Notes: generated by a model from the letters alone, not told the origin. Shown: positions 40,411 through 53,710, numbered from the whole stretch's first letter. The stretch: 63,965 nucleotides of DNA, filler included, from Octopus bimaculoides (GCF_001194135.2; 8 parts of 6 records of this genome joined end to end with filler, not necessarily neighbours in it); one strand, 5' to 3'. A program made the numbers and translations.

Positions 40411-41137
40411 TCCATATTTTCATACGAGATCAATTCCTTCCCTTCTCTTTCTCTTTCTCCCTTTCACTCTCTCATTCTTTTCCTCCTCTCTCCCTCTCTC
40501 TCTCCCTTTCTTTCTGTTTCTTCCCTTCCTTCTATGCTGCTATCTGTCGCATTCTTTTGCCTTCCCTCTCTGCTCTGTGTTTCTCTCTGCCCTCTACCAC
40601 TTTTCCCCTCCTACTACTGAAATGTGACCTATGGTCATCATCTTATCTTCTTTCTTTTCATGCACACTGCTGGAGCAAGTGGTAGCATTTTCTCTCATCT
40701 CCCTCTCTATTCACTTTTCATTGTTAATCCTTTAGGATATTCTCCGGGTGTTGACTATTTTTGCCTCCTGTCTGGCTCTAAGGCTTTATTTTGTTTATTT
40801 ATTTCAGTTGATTCTTATGCCCACATTCATCCTGTTTGTGTTTATATCTGTCCCTCATCCATCCACTAATTGTCTCATCTTGAATTATATTTATTCCACA
40901 TTTGCATGTTAACTTTCTGCATCGCATAGTTGTTTATTTCTTGTCCATCTTCAGTCTCATATTTTGGCTTGCCAATTCCCAGCAGTGTTTTGCAGTCAGC
41001 ATCACCAGAAGGGAATCCAATATTATAGTTAAGGTGCTAAATTAGGGAATTTGTCCCTCTGGCCAATAACTGATGGTGGCCTTCTGTGCCTGTTTCCTGT
41101 TTGTTTGCACATTTATATATATATATATATACATACA

Positions 41138-41213
<76 letters not shown>

Positions 41214-42267
41214 TGTGCATATATNNNNNNNNNNNNNNNNNNNNNNNNNNNNNNNNNNNNNNNNNNNNNNNNNNNNNNNNNNNNNNNNNNNNNNNNNNNN
41301 NNNNNNNNNNNNNNNNNNNNNNNNNNNNNNNNNNNNNNNNNNNNNNNNNNNNNNNNNNNNNNNNNNNNNNNNNNNNNNNNNNNNNNNNNNNNNNNNNNNN
41401 NNNNNNNNNNNNNNNNNNNNNNNNNNNNNNNNNNNNNNNNNNNNNNNNNNNNNNNNNNNNNNNNNNNNNNNNNNNNNNNNNNNNNNNNNNNNNNNNNNNN
41501 NNNNNNNNNNNNNNNNNNNNNNNNNNNNNNNNNNNNNNNNNNNNNNNNNNNNNNNNNNNNNNNNNNNNNNNNNNNNNNNNNNNNNNNNNNNNNNNNNNNN
41601 NNNNNNNNNNNNNNNNNNNNNNNNNNNNNNNNNNNNNNNNNNNNNNNNNNNNNNNNNNNNNNNNNNNNNNNNNNNNNNNNNNNNNNNNNNNNNNNNNNNN
41701 NNNNNNNNNNNNNNNNNNNNNNNNNNNNNNNNNNNNNNNNNNNNNNNNNNNNNNNNNNNNNNNNNNNNNNNNNNNNNNNNNNNNNNNNNNNNNNNNNNNN
41801 NNNNNNNNNNNNNNNNNNNNNNNNNNNNNNNNNNNNNNNNNNNNNNNNNNNNNNNNNNNNNNNNNNNNNNNNNNNNNNNNNNNNNNNNNNNNNNNNNNNN
41901 NNNNNNNNNNNNNNNNNNNNNNNNNNNNNNNNNNNNNNNNNNNNNNNNNNNNNNNNNNNNNNNNNNNNNNNNNNNNNNNNNNNNNNNNNNNNNNNNNNNN
42001 NNNNNNNNNNNNNNNNNNNNNNNNNNNNNNNNNNNNNNNNNNNNNNNNNNNNNNNNNNNNNNNNNNNNNNNNNNNNNNNNNNNNNNNNNNNNNNNNNNNN
42101 NNNNNNNNNNNNNNNNNNNNNNNNNNNNNNNNNNNNNNNNNNNNNNNNNNNNNNNNNNNNNNNNNNNNNNNNNNNNNNNNNNNNNNNNNNNNNNNNNNNN
42201 NNNNNNNNNNNNNNNNNNNNNNCACACGTGGCCAAATATTTGCTACGTTTTTGGTCCCCCTGAGTTT

Positions 42268-42475
42268 ACTGATAGGACTTGTTTTCTATATTGTGTCTAT
42301 GTATAAGCTTTTTATCTCTCTATACTTTTTACTTAGATTTCTTATATATTTTTTATATTTTTACTGATAGGACTTGCTGATAGGACTGTACTGATAGGAT
42401 TTGCTTTCTATATTGTGTCTATGTATAAGCTTTTTATCCTTCTATACTTTTTACTTGGATTTTTTATATTTTTTG
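42268..42475. repeat. Tandem duplication, period about 122 bp
   Basis: actgatagga(c/t)ttg(t/c)tttctatattgtgtctatgtataagctttttatc starts at 42268 and 42390, with short ctgatagga repeats between. Confidence 0.85.
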
Positions 42476-43062
42476 CATAATTATAGAGTTAATGTTTTGT
42501 ATTTTTTCCACACATATTTTTCTGTTTTCTCCCCTTCACCCTGTTTTTTCCTGTGCATTTACAGGCACGTACATGGAACCTTATGTGCGTTCTTGTGAAT
42601 GTATGCATGTGTGCGGGTACATGTGTATATAGATGTATGTGTGTGCATGCGAAAATATGCGCATATTAGATGCGTTTTAACCTTATAGCTTTCCCACACT
42701 TTCTTCTGTTTTTGCTTTTAGCCCTAAAATTTTTTTTTGCGTGCGTGTGTATGGGTGCAAGGTTGTTGTGTGTGCATGTGTGTGGGTGTGTATGCGGGTA
42801 TATATATGTATATGTACATATATGTATAGGTTTTGGCAACTATGTGGGTGAGCATGTATGTGTTGCAAGCGAGGGTGGTTTAGTACATAAATATAGGTGA
42901 ATGTACTGATTGGTGCACTTACGCGAACACTTTAGACTTCTCTACTCCCTTATTTTTACCCCCTCCCCTTACTTAGCGGTATATAGCTCTTTTGTCTTAA
43001 TAACGGTCAACAACACACTAATTTCCCTTTGTTTAACGGTAATTTTTCACAGGAATTTTCAA

Positions 43063-43136
43063 TGGCCGGATAACTGAAGAGATGTTGGCATGGGTTCCCA
43101 CCTCGGCATCCGAAACTCGGAGTTTTATCATGGCTA
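43063..43136 (+). ncRNA. Type I hammerhead ribozyme-like motif (near-complete)
   Basis: CTGAAGA at 43074-43080; stem II gatgttgg/tcggcatc; GAAA at 43112-43115; stem III ACT-cgg-AGT; triplet GTT. Stem I is gataa/ttatc plus tggcc/ggcta. One extra C precedes GAAA. Confidence 0.7.
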
Positions 43137-43543
43137 CCAAATAGGTGTTACATATTTTTACAGATATATAAATATATATATATATATNNNNNNNNNNNNN
43201 NNNNNNNNNNNNNNNNNNNNNNNNNNNNNNNNNNNNNNNNNNNNNNNNNNNNNNNNNNNNNNNNNNNNNNNNNNNNNNNNNNNNNNNNNNNNNNNNNNNN
43301 NNNNNNNNNNNNNNNNNNNNNNNNNNNNNNNNNNNNNNNNNNNNNNNNNNNNNNNNNNNNNNNNNNNNNNNNNNNNNNNNNNNNNNNNNNNNNNNNNNNN
43401 NNNNNNNNNNNNNNNNNNNNNNNNNNNNNNNNNNNNNNNNNNNNNNNNNNNNNNNNNNNNNNNNNNNNNNNNNNNNNNNNNNNNNNNNNNNNNNNNNNNN
43501 NNNNNNNNNNNNNNNNNNNNNNNNNNNNNNNNNNNNNNNNNNN

Positions 43544-43575
<32 letters not shown>

Positions 43576-43844
43576 CTATGAGTTCATGTGCTTGGAAATT
43601 TGTCTATGTCTACACTGTAATTTTGATATTTTGCATTGGGAAACAAAGTCAGATTTCTTGTAATTTCATGTGTTTGCATGAAAAGCATTAGTACAATACT
43701 TACAATTTTAAAAAATATGTAAAGCTAAAATATCTCAATGCTATATATATATATACTTGAGTATTTATAGAGATAAGTATCATGTTTCCAATATTGGAGC
43801 TACATTTAGAATAAAAAGTGAAAATTCTCCGCTTTTCTTTCAAA

Positions 43845-44330
43845 CATTCAATTTTGGAAAGAATGTTTTGATGAAGTGCAGCTCCATTGCTTTACAGTAT
43901 TGCGGCTTTTCCTGTTAACATCTGTAAAAGGGAAAGATTTTGAATTTCCCATCGCTGCATATTTCCAGATGCTTGCTTAATGGAATCTTACATAGTTCCT
44001 CTTGCTGGATATCCTACCTGTGTATTCTTGTATGGTGGCAGAGGGAATTATTTGTTTCACCAATGTAATTTTCTTTGCAGTTGGGCATGTAATGCAATAT
44101 ATGAGATTCTGCATTTTGCACTTCATATCTGCATTTATTTTGAATGAGAATCTGCTCTTGAATTTGACTTAGGAACCACTTTCTAAGTATTTAAAGTTGT
44201 TGTTGTTGTTGTTGTTGTTGTTGCATGTTTCACATCTCCTATCTCCACATTCTTTTACTAAGAATTCAGATTCAAACTCTGATGTGGATTCTACATTACG
44301 CTTATGCCAAGGGAGGTAATAATTTGAGTG
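43845..44330 (-). mobile_element. Penelope-like element relic (GIY-YIG endonuclease end)
   Basis: - strand reads VKECGDRRCETC...KYLESG..FKINADMKCKMQNLIYCITCP/CKENYIGETNNSL...IPLSKHLEICSDGKFKIFPFY...MELHFIKTFFPKLN, with stops and one frameshift. Confidence 0.85.
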
Positions 44331-44333
44331 GAG

Positions 44334-44369
<36 letters not shown>

Positions 44370-45609
44370 NNNNNNNNNNGAGAGAGAGAGAGAGAGAAAG
44401 GGGAAAATGGTCGATAAAGAAAGAAACAAAACAGAAATAGGGAATCAGTTAGAAAATAGAAAGGGAAAACACAAAATAGAGAGAGAAGTCTGTATTATTA
44501 GACAGAGTGTGGGGAAGGGAGAAAGTCTATATTATTCTACATTTGTGTGTTAAAATCACAGGCACAATTGAAATGTTTAAAGTAATAAAACAATGTCATG
44601 AAGATTATGAATTTATGGTTTAAGTGATATATTGATTGATAGTTAAATTAAAGTGAAATAAACTTGGTTAACAAATAGCTGTGAATGTCACACTTTTATC
44701 TTTTACATGTTGCAGACAGAAACTTGTGGCCATGTTGGAGCACCACTATTATTCCTTTTTTTTTTATTATGTTTAAATGCTTATTGGTATTATGAAAGTA
44801 AACAGATATATACATTTGATACATTGACAGAAGGGAAAGTAGATATGATAGTTACTTAGACAGGCAGACAGGAAGGTAGGTGAGTCTACAAATATATCAA
44901 AAATTATGCAACTAAAGAGATATACAAATAGATAGATCACTGAAGTGAAGTGAAATGATAAGAAATGGAAGTAATCTCAATTGGCAAATAGCTTGGACTG
45001 AGCCTTGTTGATGGCTGGACAAGTGAAACGTGTTTGCTTACATATTTTTATTTTTTAAATTCCCTCGCTTATTGCATGTGCTTCAGTGCAATTAATTATC
45101 ATCTGCTCAAGTGAAACATTTGTTTATAAAACATTGACAACAATAGATGACATTATCTAACAAGAGAAAGAATGGAAAGGATTATTTTTTAAAAAAGAGA
45201 AATAATTACAAGTAAACATGTACTACATGTAGGATGTGTAGCACATGTAATGTTTTGCATGTAGTTAATCTTCTCCTGCATGAGTGAGTTAAATTTTATG
45301 TATTCATCAAATAATATTAAAGTGACAAACTGCTTAATTTTCTCTTATTTATGCATGTTTTCTTTTAAAAAAAAACACATTCTACTGAAATTTATACTGC
45401 AGGAAACTATTTTCCCCTGAATTAATCAAAATATCAGATATTGATATGCATTTTCTGTATATGAATAGTGATGAAACTTGTAATTCGAATTTATGGAAAA
45501 TAAGTTGTAATATTCGAATTGAAAAGATAAAGACACACTTAACTCTACTGAAGCGCTGCTTGAAATACATTATACTTTATTAAATTAGCTTAACCTAGCA
45601 AGAGTTGAA

Positions 45610-47795
45610 AGGGAAAATGACAACAGCAAGAGAAAGGATGAGGTGCTGTAGACAACAGCTGAGAGAAGAACAGAGAGAAGCAGGCACTGTGAGAAAGCTA
45701 GAGGAGCTGCAATGACAAACATACCACACTATATCCACTCTACATGCTGCAGATGAACAGCCTCAGTATGGTTAGTTATATATTATTGATGCACATGAAG
45801 CATTACAGCATCATTTGGAAGCTCCTCAGGATGCACACTGCTTACTTAATGTCATGGAACAGAGCAACCCATATATTGAGAACATACTTAGAATGGAACA
45901 GCAAGAAGAGGAACATGCTCAGAGAGAAAATGCTACTCCTTATAAAGTTGAACTCCACTTCTGACTTCGTCAAGGTATTTGGCACTATAATTTCCCTTTA
46001 TGTAATGAAATACCTACTGTCTTCGTTGGTGAAAATGGTACTCTTTCTCATGAAACAGATATTGTTGTGTATCCAAGAGAGGCACTTTCTCTAAGAATTT
46101 CTTATTTTCCCTGCCATTTGAATCCAATGTCCTATCCACTACCTTTTCCATGTGATGAGTTCAGCCGGTACAGTGAGATTTATTATAATGATGAATTCAG
46201 AATGCATGTTAGAAACAAAGTTATTTTTACAGCAATTCTATAGCTCTTGTCTTGCTATTCGAGAAGGATTCAGCATCATTCACAGAGCAGGCAAACTTTT
46301 CCAGCAGTATTTGGTAGATGCTTATGTAAAAGTAGAAGGCTGCCATTTGCACTTTGTCAAAAATAATCAGTCACTACTCCATGTTGAGCTGTATAATGGA
46401 CTGATGGATCACTTCATCAGAAATAGAGATAGAGATTTGAAGCCTGTGATACTGGATCTTCTTTTACTGGAAGCCCACTTAATAGGCATCAGCATTTTCA
46501 AGATGCTATGGCAATAGTTACTCAATTTGGTAAATCTGATTTGTTCCTGACTTACACATGCAACTCAAAGTGTGTAGAAATTGTAAATAACTTACAGCCC
46601 CAATGAAACTAGGAAATCACTCTGATTTAGCTGCCAGAGTATACAAGGTTCATTTCTCAGGACTTCTGACTGATATCAGAAAAAGACATGTTCTGGGTAC
46701 CCCAGTTGCTCATATATATGTTATAGAATTTTAAAAACAAGGCTTGCCACATTGTCCTATGCTTATAATTCTAAGGACAAGTTCAAAATAAGAAACAGTG
46801 AAGATATTGAGTGGTTAGTGTCTGCAGAAATACCAGATGGGACTGAAGACTGAACTCTGCATGAGCTTGTGAAGAAGTTTATGATATACGGGACATGTGG
46901 AACTGAGAACCCCTCCTCTCTCTGCATGGAAAATAGAATATGCTCAAAGATGTTTCCCAAACCATTCCAGCAAGAAACGAAACCCAACATTCATGGCTAT
47001 CCAGAATATTACAGGTGCAACAATGGGATAATTGCTCAAATTGGACACCATTTAATGGATAATCACAATGTTGAACCATTTAATACTTATCTTTTCAAGA
47101 AATACCATGCTCACATCAACTTAGAAATTTGCTTCTCTGTTTAGAGTATCAAATAATCTTTAAACAGTGTTATAAGGGATATGACTGTGTATCTATCAAA
47201 ATAAAAACAATCAATGGTCAACAAAATATTGTACTTGAGCATCAGGAAATAAAAACCTACCTTCCATGCTGCTACGTGTCACCTCCAGAAGCTATGAGGT
47301 GACAGTCACAGTATAAGTTGCATGATACATCTCACACTGTTTACAGGCTACCTGCGCATCTTCCTAACCATCAAAGGATGTATTTTTGTTGAAGACGAGC
47401 TCAACAAGCAGTTGACACTTAGCGTGATTGTAACACTCACCTCACTGCTTGGTTTAAGCTTAATGTCATGGATGAAGGTGCTCAAAAATTATCTCTACTG
47501 TGAAATACCAATGAAAGAAACAGAAATTGGACAGCAAAAAGAAGAAACCACAATATCATCAGCTGCATGTATTCAGTGACCCCAAATGATGTTGAGAAAT
47601 TCTATATCGATATGCGACTATATACATATGCTTCAAGCTGACTTCTTTACAAATTGAGCAGAGTCATAGACTTTTGTATTAAATGCTCACGTTTATGGCC
47701 ATATTTCAGACATTTCAACTTAACTGAAAACATGAGGGTGAATGAGGAGCAAGGAGATTTTGCTCAGTAGCTGTTAATACTTGGTAATGGAATCA
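45610..47795 (+). mobile_element. Helitron RepHel pseudogene, internally deleted
   Basis: PQYG*LYIIDAHEAL, NEIPTVFVGENG, MSYPL, GKLFQQYLVDAYVKVE, FQDAMAIVTQFGKSDLFLTYTCN, HUH motif EF*KQGLPHCPML (46726), KYHAHINLEIC, YVSPPEA. A PIF1 helicase fragment CIKCSRLWPYF..LTENMRV..LLILGNG follows at about 47665-47790. Confidence 0.92.
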
Positions 47796-48299
47796 GTTCA
47801 TATTTTGTATTTCTGTTTCTATATGTATGTCACATACAGTTTACATAGTCCCATTTGTAATGTAGAATGTATCTAATTCGGTAAGTAAGCTCATGTTTTC
47901 CCTATGTACATATCATAATCATATGAAATATAGTTTGTATTTATATATTTTGTAAATATGTACTAAAGATAATAAACAATAAACATTTAATCAATAAATA
48001 TCTTTTTAATTCATCTATTACCTTAAACTATAAAGCACACCATATCTATTTAATGTATTTCAAAGAGGTAAATAAGCTATACCTTTGAAATTCATTTCAA
48101 GTGTATTTAAAAGCACTGTTTTGATTAAATGACAAGATACCAAAAAAGAGTTTTGAAATTCCTTGCTTGCTTTTAATATAGTACTAACATGTTTTCAAAT
48201 GTGCTGATTTATAACAAGGAATTTCCATGGGTCTTGCTTGTTATTATTATTATTCTTATTATTACTATTTTGCTACTCTTTACCCAGTGTTTTTTCTGC

Positions 48300-48632
48300 A
48301 CTGCCAGTCATCTGCTTTGAATCGACCCCAGTACTTTTTTAAAGCCTGGTACTTATTCTATCAGTCTCTTTTGCCAAACCACTAAGTTATGGGGACATAA
48401 ACACATTAACACTGGTTATCAAGTGGTGGTAGGGGACAAAAACACACACACACACACACACACACACATATGACAGGTTTCTCTCAGTTTCTGTCTACCA
48501 AATCTACTCAAAAGGCTTTGGCTGATCTGAGGTTATAGCAGGAGACACTTGTCCAAGGAGCCATACAGTGGGACTAAACCTGGAATCAGGTGGATGAGAA
48601 GCAAGCTTCTTACCACACAGCTATGTCTGCAT
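48300..48632 (-). mobile_element. Composite SINE C + (CA)n + D, CpG-decayed
   Basis: Same layout as 17144, with CpGs replaced by TG/CA. Confidence 0.85.
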
Positions 48633-49036
48633 GAGTGTGGTTGCCTTGGTCAACACATTCTTAATTAAACAAATATTAAATTTATTTGAATAATTAAATG
48701 AAATACAGGTATTTGTACATTATAAGTGATACAAGTTTATTAATACCTGTGCAAGGTACTAATTTGTGCAAGGAACTAGTAAACTAGTCTGGCAGCTGTG
48801 GTAATTTGAAGCTCCTTCTTGTAAATTAGTGCAGATTATAAGAGATTCTAAACCATCAGTGACTGGAAAGACAGTCTTATACTGTATAATATTATACAGA
48901 AAAAAAAAAATGAAAATAATATTAATCATTGATTAATAGTTGTTTTTTCCCCAACTCGGGTTTGTTTCTTTGAACTTGCTCTTCCTTACTCTCAGAGGTT
49001 TGGCATCGACAAAGGTTTTACTATGTAATGAGAATT

Positions 49037-49077
<41 letters not shown>

Positions 49078-50629
49078 TTCATAAATATTAGCATACATCC
49101 TACTGTAGTCATTGTAGCATTTAGCAATAGTCATCCATTAGATGAAATAGCAATGTCAATAACTACAAAGAAGATTTAATGTGAGGTAACATTATCTCTT
49201 GGTGTCAATACGAGATAAATGTTAGTTGGATGAGATACATCTGGCTATTAAAATTTTGCTAAGATTATTGCTGTTCTTCCATGAAGAACTCATTTATGGA
49301 TCTATAATTAAAAGAGGTGTGACTTAGGGTTTGCTATTTGTATCTGTAGTGTTGCAGCAGGGAGGTATTCACTATCCTGACTATAATCTCCCTGTTATGT
49401 TAAAACATTAAAAGTACTATGGAATTAGTAGTAGGAGGTTACTTTTAATGTGATCTGACAAATGCAGCCTTGCATACAATTATGAATACAGATAGCTATA
49501 TAAAAACACAAGTATATGAATGTTTGAATACAAACGCAATCACAAATACATACTCTCTCCTACACACATACATGTGCATGCAAATATATACACATTTGTA
49601 ATAATAAACAATTAAATATTTAATCTCATGCTCATATTTACACACACACAAACACACACATACATAAATATACACATACATACATGCATGCCCACATACT
49701 TGCATCCAGGCATAGCTTCTTGTTCATGCAGTCATATACTTACTCTGTAGGGATCCAATAATTATAGACATGTTATCTGTCTTGAGTTAGCAACAAAATG
49801 TAACTACAATCTTTTCATGTAAAAATGAAAGGTTGAAGTAAAAGAAACAAAACAATAGTAAACAGGTGAGGAACATTTATTATCAGAATACAAACTATGG
49901 TGAGTGCTATGATGGAAAAGGTAAAATATGGCCATGGTAAGACAGCAATGTAGTTGTGATCTCCATCTTCGCTTATAATCTGTATTTCCTTGAAAAAGAT
50001 ATGACTATTACAAAATCTCATGTCTTTTTCTCCACTTGAATATAATTCCCGTACCTACCAAAACAAAAAAAGAAAAACTTACTATGTGCACATAAACCAT
50101 GTTCTAAATTTAATCCTCCTTGATAATAACCCTGGGGTTGATAAAGTAAGTACCAGTTACACACTGTTGTTGAATTAATGTTTCATCTTATGCTTATGTG
50201 AAAAATTAATGTTACAATATCTTATAATAATTTTGATTGTCATTCCATTACTTAGCCTGTTGATAATGCTTTCACATAATTAGAGAAAAAGAGGGTGAAA
50301 GAAAAAAGCAAGAGAGAAAAAAAAGAGAGAAGCATGTATGACGTGAGGTAGAGGGAACGTAATCAGTGTTGCAGTTATCTTCACATGTATATGTTTTGTG
50401 CGTGTTTGGATCATGTGGGAAATAGTGATTTTATGATGGTACTAAGTATTAAGTTGGCCTTATGCAATATTCTGCTAAACAACTACATTGAAAAATGACA
50501 AAGTTAGTATCAATTAGTAGTGCCTTGCAGTAATATGCAGGCTGTCAGGCCTCAATATTTCATGTTAGCATTATAATGACACAGAGAACTTGCATCAACA
50601 GTAACAACAATAATATGAACCAAAGTGGG

Positions 50630-50820
50630 GAGTTGTGTGCAGTAGTTCAATGCGCTAGAAATAGTAGCAAAATGTCCCTTAGATCACATACTACCATCTT
50701 TAAAAAAAATTAAGTACTCAAGTAATTTAGTTCTACATGCCCCTAAAAAAAGGGGGTTAACCCCGACTGAAATGCTTTTAATCATAGGTCCACTTAATTA
50801 AGATTGACCAAGCAACAAGA
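50630..50820 (+). repeat. Interspersed repeat family H (other copies at about 51575-51650 and 54285-54445)
   Basis: Shared ctagaaatag...aaat.tcc..aatc..actaccatcttaaa and t(g/a)atcatagg...aatca.g.ctg...taaacaa segments. Class unresolved. Confidence 0.5.
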
Positions 50821-50933
50821 GTTTTTAACACAGTGCTAGAGTGAAAGATTTCATTAATAAAATAAAATGAATGAACTAAAAATATGGAAATATTGGAATA
50901 TTTGAACAATTCTTTTATATTCCACTTTGTTAG

Positions 50934-50991
50934 GGAGGAAACGGCAGCTGCTATGACCTTTTTAAAGCCACCAATACCAGTGAGAAGAAAG
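50934..50991 (+). other. Candidate exon (58 nt)
   Basis: ttccactttgttag| acceptor and aag|gtagat donor; two frames open. Confidence 0.3.
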
Positions 50992-51124
50992 GTAGATTGC
51001 AATCTTTACACATAATGATTTACATAATACTTGTAAAAGCAGGAATCACTCCTAACGCAGCTCAGTTCTACCATAGGATAATGTCGCTCTAGCTACAATT
51101 TTTTGTTTTATCCTTTTATTCTTT

Positions 51125-51332
51125 CATTTGTTTCAGTCATTGGACTACAACTATTTTGAAGTACTAGTCATATCAACCCCAGTAATAATTTTAACTTTCG
51201 TACTTTATTGTTCTTTGTTTCTGAACCTGAAAAGTTATGGGACTCATCACTATTTTTGAAATCATGTTAATGTAAAGACAGACATAGAAATAACCTCATG
51301 CAGGCATGCATACACACATGCATGCACGCACG

Positions 51333-51380
<48 letters not shown>

Positions 51381-51560
51381 CGCACACACACACATACACA
51401 AATGACATGCTTCTGCACAGTTTCCATCTATCAATTTCACTCACAAGGCTATAGCTTCTACTGAGGCTATAGTAGAAGACAAATGGAATGTTGTTTGACC
51501 AAATCTGAAACCCTATAGTTCTGAAGCAAACATATTAACCGCAAAACTATCTGTGCACTT
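51125..51560 (-). mobile_element. Degraded composite SINE C + (CA)n + D
   Basis: tgtttcagtcattggactac... tail and tttccatctatcaatttcactcacaaggct...ctatagtagaagac head around a (CA)n tract. Confidence 0.7.
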
Positions 51561-51927
51561 ATGTCTAAAAATATAAAAAGGATTGGATGGTACAATGTTT
51601 TTGATCATAGGTTTCCTTAATCAGGATCAGTCTTGAGCTAAACAACACTATACTACATTACTCATCTGATTCACACTAAAAATAGCACTACAATATCTCA
51701 AAGCTGTCAAAACTCAATATTCCATGCATATCTTATTTTATAAAACCATGAAAATTGTTCACTTGACACTCTTTGCCTTTTTATAGGCTGCTTGTACTAT
51801 GCCACACATATACAACGTTTCCTTTTGAAATCAACCAGAATCAGTTTTTTTCAAATTTAAGATAGTTCTTCATCTCTTTTTTTAGGTTCAGAAAATTGTA
51901 AATATTATATTTCAATGTGCACACATG

Positions 51928-51999
<72 letters not shown>

Positions 52000-53001
52000 C
52001 ACACACTCTCACACATATATACATATATAAATAAGTTTAACTTATTTATTCATTACTGCTTCTCTGTTTTCCAAGAAATCACAGTGAAAACACAATTACC
52101 ACCTTAAATTATTGAAGAAAAAATAGCTAAAGCATAAAATATAACAAATTAAATTCCAAGTCAAACAATTCATTTTTAATTCCAAATTAACACCAATAGA
52201 AATAGATATCAATCACAAGTTGGAATTACAAAAGTCATCAAGTGAAAATATTGAAAAAAATGGGTAATTAAATTAAAAACACAGCTTCCTTCATGGAATG
52301 TTGTAACAACTGTAACTTGTTAACACTGATAATGTTCATTAATTAGTTTGCATTATATTCACTGATTGAGTCAGGACGTTGTTGTGATATTAATTAACAA
52401 TGGATGAGTATGGATGTTATCAGTACATAGATGGTGGCTGAGTTTAGATATCATTCTTGTAGTCACTGACTAAAATCTGGATATTACTGCAGTATTTATA
52501 ACTGGTGAATATGGATGTCATCACTGCAATTGCTGTTTCAGCTCAGATATTGCAGTGATATTAAATAACAAGGGGAGTGTGGGTGTTATCAGTGACAAGA
52601 TGATGATTAAGCATTGATGATATTATTATATTCATGATATTATTGTATTTACTGACTAAGCTTGGATATTACTGTAGTGTTTTTTGAATAATGGGTGAGT
52701 TTAAGCATTATCAGTATGTAAATGATGGTTGAGTATGAATATCATCAATATATTCACTGACTCAGCCAAGATATTGCTGTGATATCAATAATGGATGAGT
52801 GTGGATGTCATCAATGTTATCGCTGTCTCAGTCTGGGCATTGCTGTAGTATTAACTCAGTATGGATGGCGTATAGATATTATTGGAATACAGTTGATATT
52901 TGAGTATTGTTGTGGTCACCAACTGAGCCTGGATATAGTTGTGATATTAAAGTAACAATGATTGAGTATGGATATTATTATTGTATATTGTAAGGTGGTG
53001 A

Positions 53002-53212
53002 GCTGGTAGAATTGTTAGCATGTCAGACAAAATGCTTATTGTTATTTCTTTCAGCTTTGTATTCTGAGTTCAAATACCACCAAGGTCAACTTTGCTCTCA
53101 TCCTTTCAGAGTTTATAAAGTAAGCACCAGTTGAGCACTGGGGTTGATGTAAGCAACTAGCCTGTTCCCCGAAAACTTCAGACTTTGTGCCTATAGTAGA
53201 AAGAATTATTTA
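53002..53212 (+). mobile_element. SINE family A, CpG-decayed
   Basis: ggtggtgagctggtagaattgttagcatgtcagacaaaatgc...gagttcaaataccaccaaggtcaac. Confidence 0.88.
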
Positions 53213-53429
53213 TTCTATCATGAATGAATTTACATATTGCTGTGGAGTTAGAAATAGGTAGGAATGGCAAGTATCAGTACGTAGATAATGGTTGATATCA
53301 TTGTTTACACTGATTGAGCCAGAACATTCTTGTGATATTAGCAATAGATGAAAAAGATATTATCAATACAAAGATGATGGATGATAGTAGTTATTATCAT
53401 TGAACCCATTGACTGAGTTTGTATTTTAC

Positions 53430-53710
53430 TGACTTAGTGGTTAGGATATTCGGCTCATAATTCTAAGGTCTTGAGTTTGATACCCAGTGGTGCATTATGT
53501 CCTTGAGTGAGACACTTTATTTCATATTTTCACCAGAGTCCACTTATCTGGCAAAATGAGTAGAATCTGTATTTCAAAGGGCCAGCCTTGTCATACTAAA
53601 TCTCCCTGAGAACTACATAAAGGTTATGTCAGTCTGTGGAGTGCTCAGCCACTTGAATGTTGATTTTATGAGCAGGCTGTTCTGTCAATCATCATAACCA
53701 ATGGAGTGCC
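53430..53710 (+). mobile_element. SINE family B, CpG-decayed
   Basis: cttagtggttaggatattcggctc...gtccttgagtgagacactttatttc...gtctgtggagtgctcagccacttg...atggagtgcc. Confidence 0.85.
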
